DNA of 63,321 bases, the filler included, from Rhabdomonas costata (Eukaryota), in assembly GCA_019059605.1 (NCBI GenBank). It is 23 parts of 23 records of this genome, joined end to end, with 100 filler letters (N's around TTAATTAATTAA, not from the genome) between each part and the next. Parts side by side here need not be neighbours in the genome. Positions count along the whole stretch, not along the records: positions 57,916 to 60,568 come from JAHMHO010002481.1; positions 60,669 to 63,321 come from JAHMHO010002482.1; 21 more parts are not named here. The stretch is one strand, 5' to 3'. Below are positions 60,173-63,321 of this stretch, piece by piece (position 1 is the stretch's first letter; each line of letters starts with the position of its first letter). The position numbers and the translations under genes are program-made. Below the pieces are notes generated by a model, which saw only the letters and a program-made list of their open reading frames with translations, searched no databases and was not told the origin of the DNA.

Positions 60173-62815
60173 GTGAGGTTACCGTGGACTCCTTTGTGGT
60201 GCGTTTTTTCTTGACCATGAGCACTCACAAACACAATCACACACACAAACTGGTGCAGTATATGGCTCCCATCCTTCCATCCTCTGGCTGCCGATTGGCT
60301 TCCATTGTCGTCCATCCTTTTCCTGCCGATGCTGTGGCTGCAAGCGAAAAGACGTCGAAGATGCTTTCCCTCCCCTCCCTCCCCTCCTTTCTTTTTTTTT
60401 GCGCTGTTCTAATTAATGGGCATCAAATTGGGTCATCGGCGCTTCTTAAATAATATGTTATCGGTCCACTGGTTGCTGGTTGCTGGTTTGCAGCAATTGC
60501 CCCCTTCCTCTCCACCGGTGTCCTTTCCGAATCTCCTGTCCAAACGTGCCAATTGTGTCCCACCCAACNNNNNNNNNNNNNNNNNNNNNNNNNNNNNNNN
60601 NNNNNNNNNNNNTTAATTAATTAANNNNNNNNNNNNNNNNNNNNNNNNNNNNNNNNNNNNNNNNNNNNGATTTTCACCTATGCCTATTTTTGTTCTGGTA
60701 AAACCCGGAACAATGAGAGATGCCTGCCTGGGTCTGGAGAAAAATGAGAGGTTTTGTGCCTGGTATCGGTCTGCGTGATCCGCTGTGATTCCGCTGGCGG
60801 GCCACGCTCCAGACAAAATGGTGGTGTTAAGGCGCCCACCGGACGGGAGCTCTTAGGTAATGAAACGTGTGCTTGAAGCCCAGCGGTAACACCGCATCCC
60901 AGTGAATGAAATCAGCTTTCAAAACAACGGGGCAAGATGCCAAAGCAAATCATCACAGTCCGCTGTGATATCCCAAATTTCAAACACCAAAGTTTTGAAA
61001 TTCCAAAGTTGTCGCACAAGACTTTCTTTTCGACACCCCATAAGACGACGTATGAAAGCAAATGCTGTCGTCTTCTTGCCCTTGCCGTCGCGTTTTCAAA
61101 CGTGATAGCGGTCCGCAAACGTCCGCTTGCTATCTTCAGCTCTTGAAAGTAAAGGCAGCCGCTAGGCCCAAATAATCGGGCGATTCAGTGCAACAAAACG
61201 CGGCGTACGGCAGCTCTCCGCAATGGCCTGCAGCAATGCCGTCCGGTGAAGGCGTTTCCAAAGCCAAGCATGAGCAACGTATGATAAGCAAGCACACCTC
61301 CACTCGATTAATTTATAATGGCTTCCGCGACACCAGCAACGCCAACGCCCAGTTGAAGGCTAATCTAGCTAACCCTTAGCCCTTAACTGCACCCTTAAAA
61401 AAAGCAATGTACTGGCACTAGCGCTGCTGCAGACCCAAGCTAAAGGGCTGTGCTGAGGTGAGGGTGGTGCCTGTGAAGGTTCCGCTTGCTCTTCACCGCC
61501 CTGTAAAGCTGACGTGATGTAAACTTGCTGCATTTTGGACCTTTCTTCTAACGCGCGCACGCTTGAACGAAGAAGACCGGCGCGGCCGAAGGTAAGCGTT
61601 ACGGTTAACACGAGGCGCCGAGGTGCCGAGGCGGAAAATGGTCCGGCAACAGGGGCCTGAGAGAAGGACGCTTTGCAAGGGAGCGGTTGGGAGAGTTTCG
61701 AGAGCTCCGTGAGAAGTCCGTGTCAACTCCCAGTATCTAAATTTTGGTGGTTTTGGTGAGATGGGCCATGAACACTGCTGGTTGATTCGCTTTATTTCCA
61801 ACGCGTGAACTGGGGGTTCCTCCCATATTCGGGCCTCCCAAAAGTCTCAGGGTTTGGCAGGCTTACAGTGTATTCGTAGAAATTTCGGAACAGGATTAGT
61901 TTCCAAACACTGGGTCAAGGCAGATCTCAAATGAAGCGTTCAAAAATGCTACATGCGCATCGGCCGATTGATTGATCAAATTTCGAACTTTTTTTTGTGG
62001 GGGCTTGCTTTTTCTTTGGAAAGCTCGCTTTGGGTCGTCGCACCCCCGGCCCTTAATCACTGCGAGCTTGGTCAATGCCAAAGACCGGACAGGGAAAAGG
62101 CGGGAATCCGCCAAGGCGGTCTCTAATTCCGCTCGCTAATGGCGGACTGACAAGAAACGAAAAATACGCGAGTGGAAAGGGAAGGGACCGCGGTGGAACT
62201 CGAAGAAGATGCGAACACCTGGAACAAACAAACAAGCGAACAAGCAAACAAACCAAAACCCTATCAACCAACTTGCGAAAGCACTAACAGGCTGTCGTTT
62301 ACAATGAGAGATGGGTGGAGGTCGGGGGCTTTCGGGTACATCTCCACATCCGATAAAGTCCCGTGCCAGTCTTCAGGTTTTCCAAGCCAAGATGCAGCCC
62401 AGAAGTCGAGCGGTAAAGCATTTAAAATAATATATTTCCGAATACGTGCGACATTTTTGGTCGTAGAACCTGTCAAAAAGTTTATGATTGGTATTTCCCA
62501 GCAAGTCCGGTGTTGATCGGATGAGTACTTGTTGTGATTTGAAAAAAGCAGTTACCCGCCAGAAGCGAAACCAACGGCCGTGGGAATATGCCTCCAGACT
62601 TCCCGATTTCTCAGGCTACCGCAAGCTCTTCGCGATGGCGTTCGCTGTCGTTTTTTCTCTCGTGATCGCTTGTTCTGCGCGCTTGGTGTTTGGAAAACAG
62701 ATTCATCAGGTTTCTCCAGTGCCAGTCTGCAACTATGCACCTTGCCCCCGTCTTCCATATTAACTCGAAACCCTCCCCCAAATCCTTTTTGCACTTTGTG
62801 CTCTCCCATCACTAG

Positions 62816-63321
62816 TTGGATAGTGCTCAGCGTCCAACTGCGCAAGTATTTGGGTAGGAGGGGTATCAGGGGAAGAAATGTCCAAGGGGTCTGCATCAGG
62901 TTTGAGGACACGTTTTCTGTTATTTACTATATTTCCGTCCACAGGGTTTCCGGAGAAGTTTGTTAGTGGGTGACGCACGTCAACTGGAACGCCGTCCAGG
63001 ATGTCTTGGAACGGGGAGGGGGGAGACGAAACCCAATACTTGCAAACCCAGCAAAACCAAGAATTAAGAATTTCTTTGCTATCAGATTCCCGCGAGGATG
63101 AAAAAATATTCTGATAATAGTACGTGAGTCTGTTATAACTGTTATAATGGCAATCCGAATGGTTCAGGTATGTGTACTCGGATGCATCCATTGAATTAAA
63201 GGTTCGCAGAAAGAGGTACCTGGCCACGCTGGTGGTGAAGGACAAGAAGAAGGTGCAGAAGATCCAAAATTCGATTCCGCCGAACATCACCAAGATCATC
63301 ATCAAGAAGAAGAAGCCGAAG
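62816..63321 (+). CDS. RPL38: Divergent 60S ribosomal protein eL38-like (exons 62816-62853 and 63168-end; first exon unresolved)
   Basis: Spliced LDSAQRPTAQVFGYVYSDASIELKVRRKRYLATLVVKDKKKVQKIQNSIPPNI aligns without gaps to canonical eL38 ([41 protein letters not shown].QSLPP). Confidence 0.7.

Noticed and set aside
2658-60668. TTAATTAATTAA repeated at about 2.75-kb intervals, resembling a regular array
   Set aside because: Always embedded in N runs of fixed length. It is an artificial joiner, and the spacing reflects similarly sized contigs.
60937-60957. MPKQIIT as the first exon of the eL38-like gene
   Set aside because: It resembles the eL38 start but lies 1.9 kb upstream in DNA that looks like a minus-strand gene, and joining it would need non-canonical micro-exon boundaries. 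Probably coincidence, but worth a look in RNA-seq.
62760-63305. 181-aa minus-strand ORF with a hydrophobic N-terminus
   Set aside because: It is the antisense shadow of the Lys-rich eL38-like exon.

Overview
This window is not a contiguous locus. It is 23 unrelated contigs of about 2.65 kb, joined by 22 artificial 100-nt spacers (44 N + TTAATTAATTAA + 44 N). Most contigs start with a G/T-only run and end with an A/C-only run, and one starts with the GenomePlex-type primer GTGTTGGGTGTGTTTGG, which points to whole-genome-amplified, probably single-cell, material. The DNA is from an intron-rich eukaryote: GT-AG introns with unusually relaxed donors, TTAGGG repeats, and flagellar GAS8. A euglenozoan/euglenid-like protist is my best guess and is not proven. 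Most ORF-track entries are spurious, and the real genes had to be spliced by hand. Recognisable partial genes: GT77-like and MGAT4/PGAP4-like glycosyltransferases, a Stealth phosphotransferase, a membrane-anchored GH2-like TIM barrel, GPN1, GAS8, a TLDc protein, a soluble adenylyl cyclase, an oxoglutarate/dicarboxylate-type mitochondrial carrier, cryptochrome DASH, an alpha/beta hydrolase, RRM+CCCH, IQ and EF-hand proteins, a permuted papain-like protein and a divergent eL38. Mobile DNA comprises two CRE-like non-LTR fragments, a tRNA-derived SINE candidate and a MITE candidate. The most striking item is an intronless bacterial-type PARG (TIGR02452/DUF2263 macrodomain) fused to nine tandem PBZ-like CCHH zinc fingers. 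All family calls come from motif recognition, not database searches.
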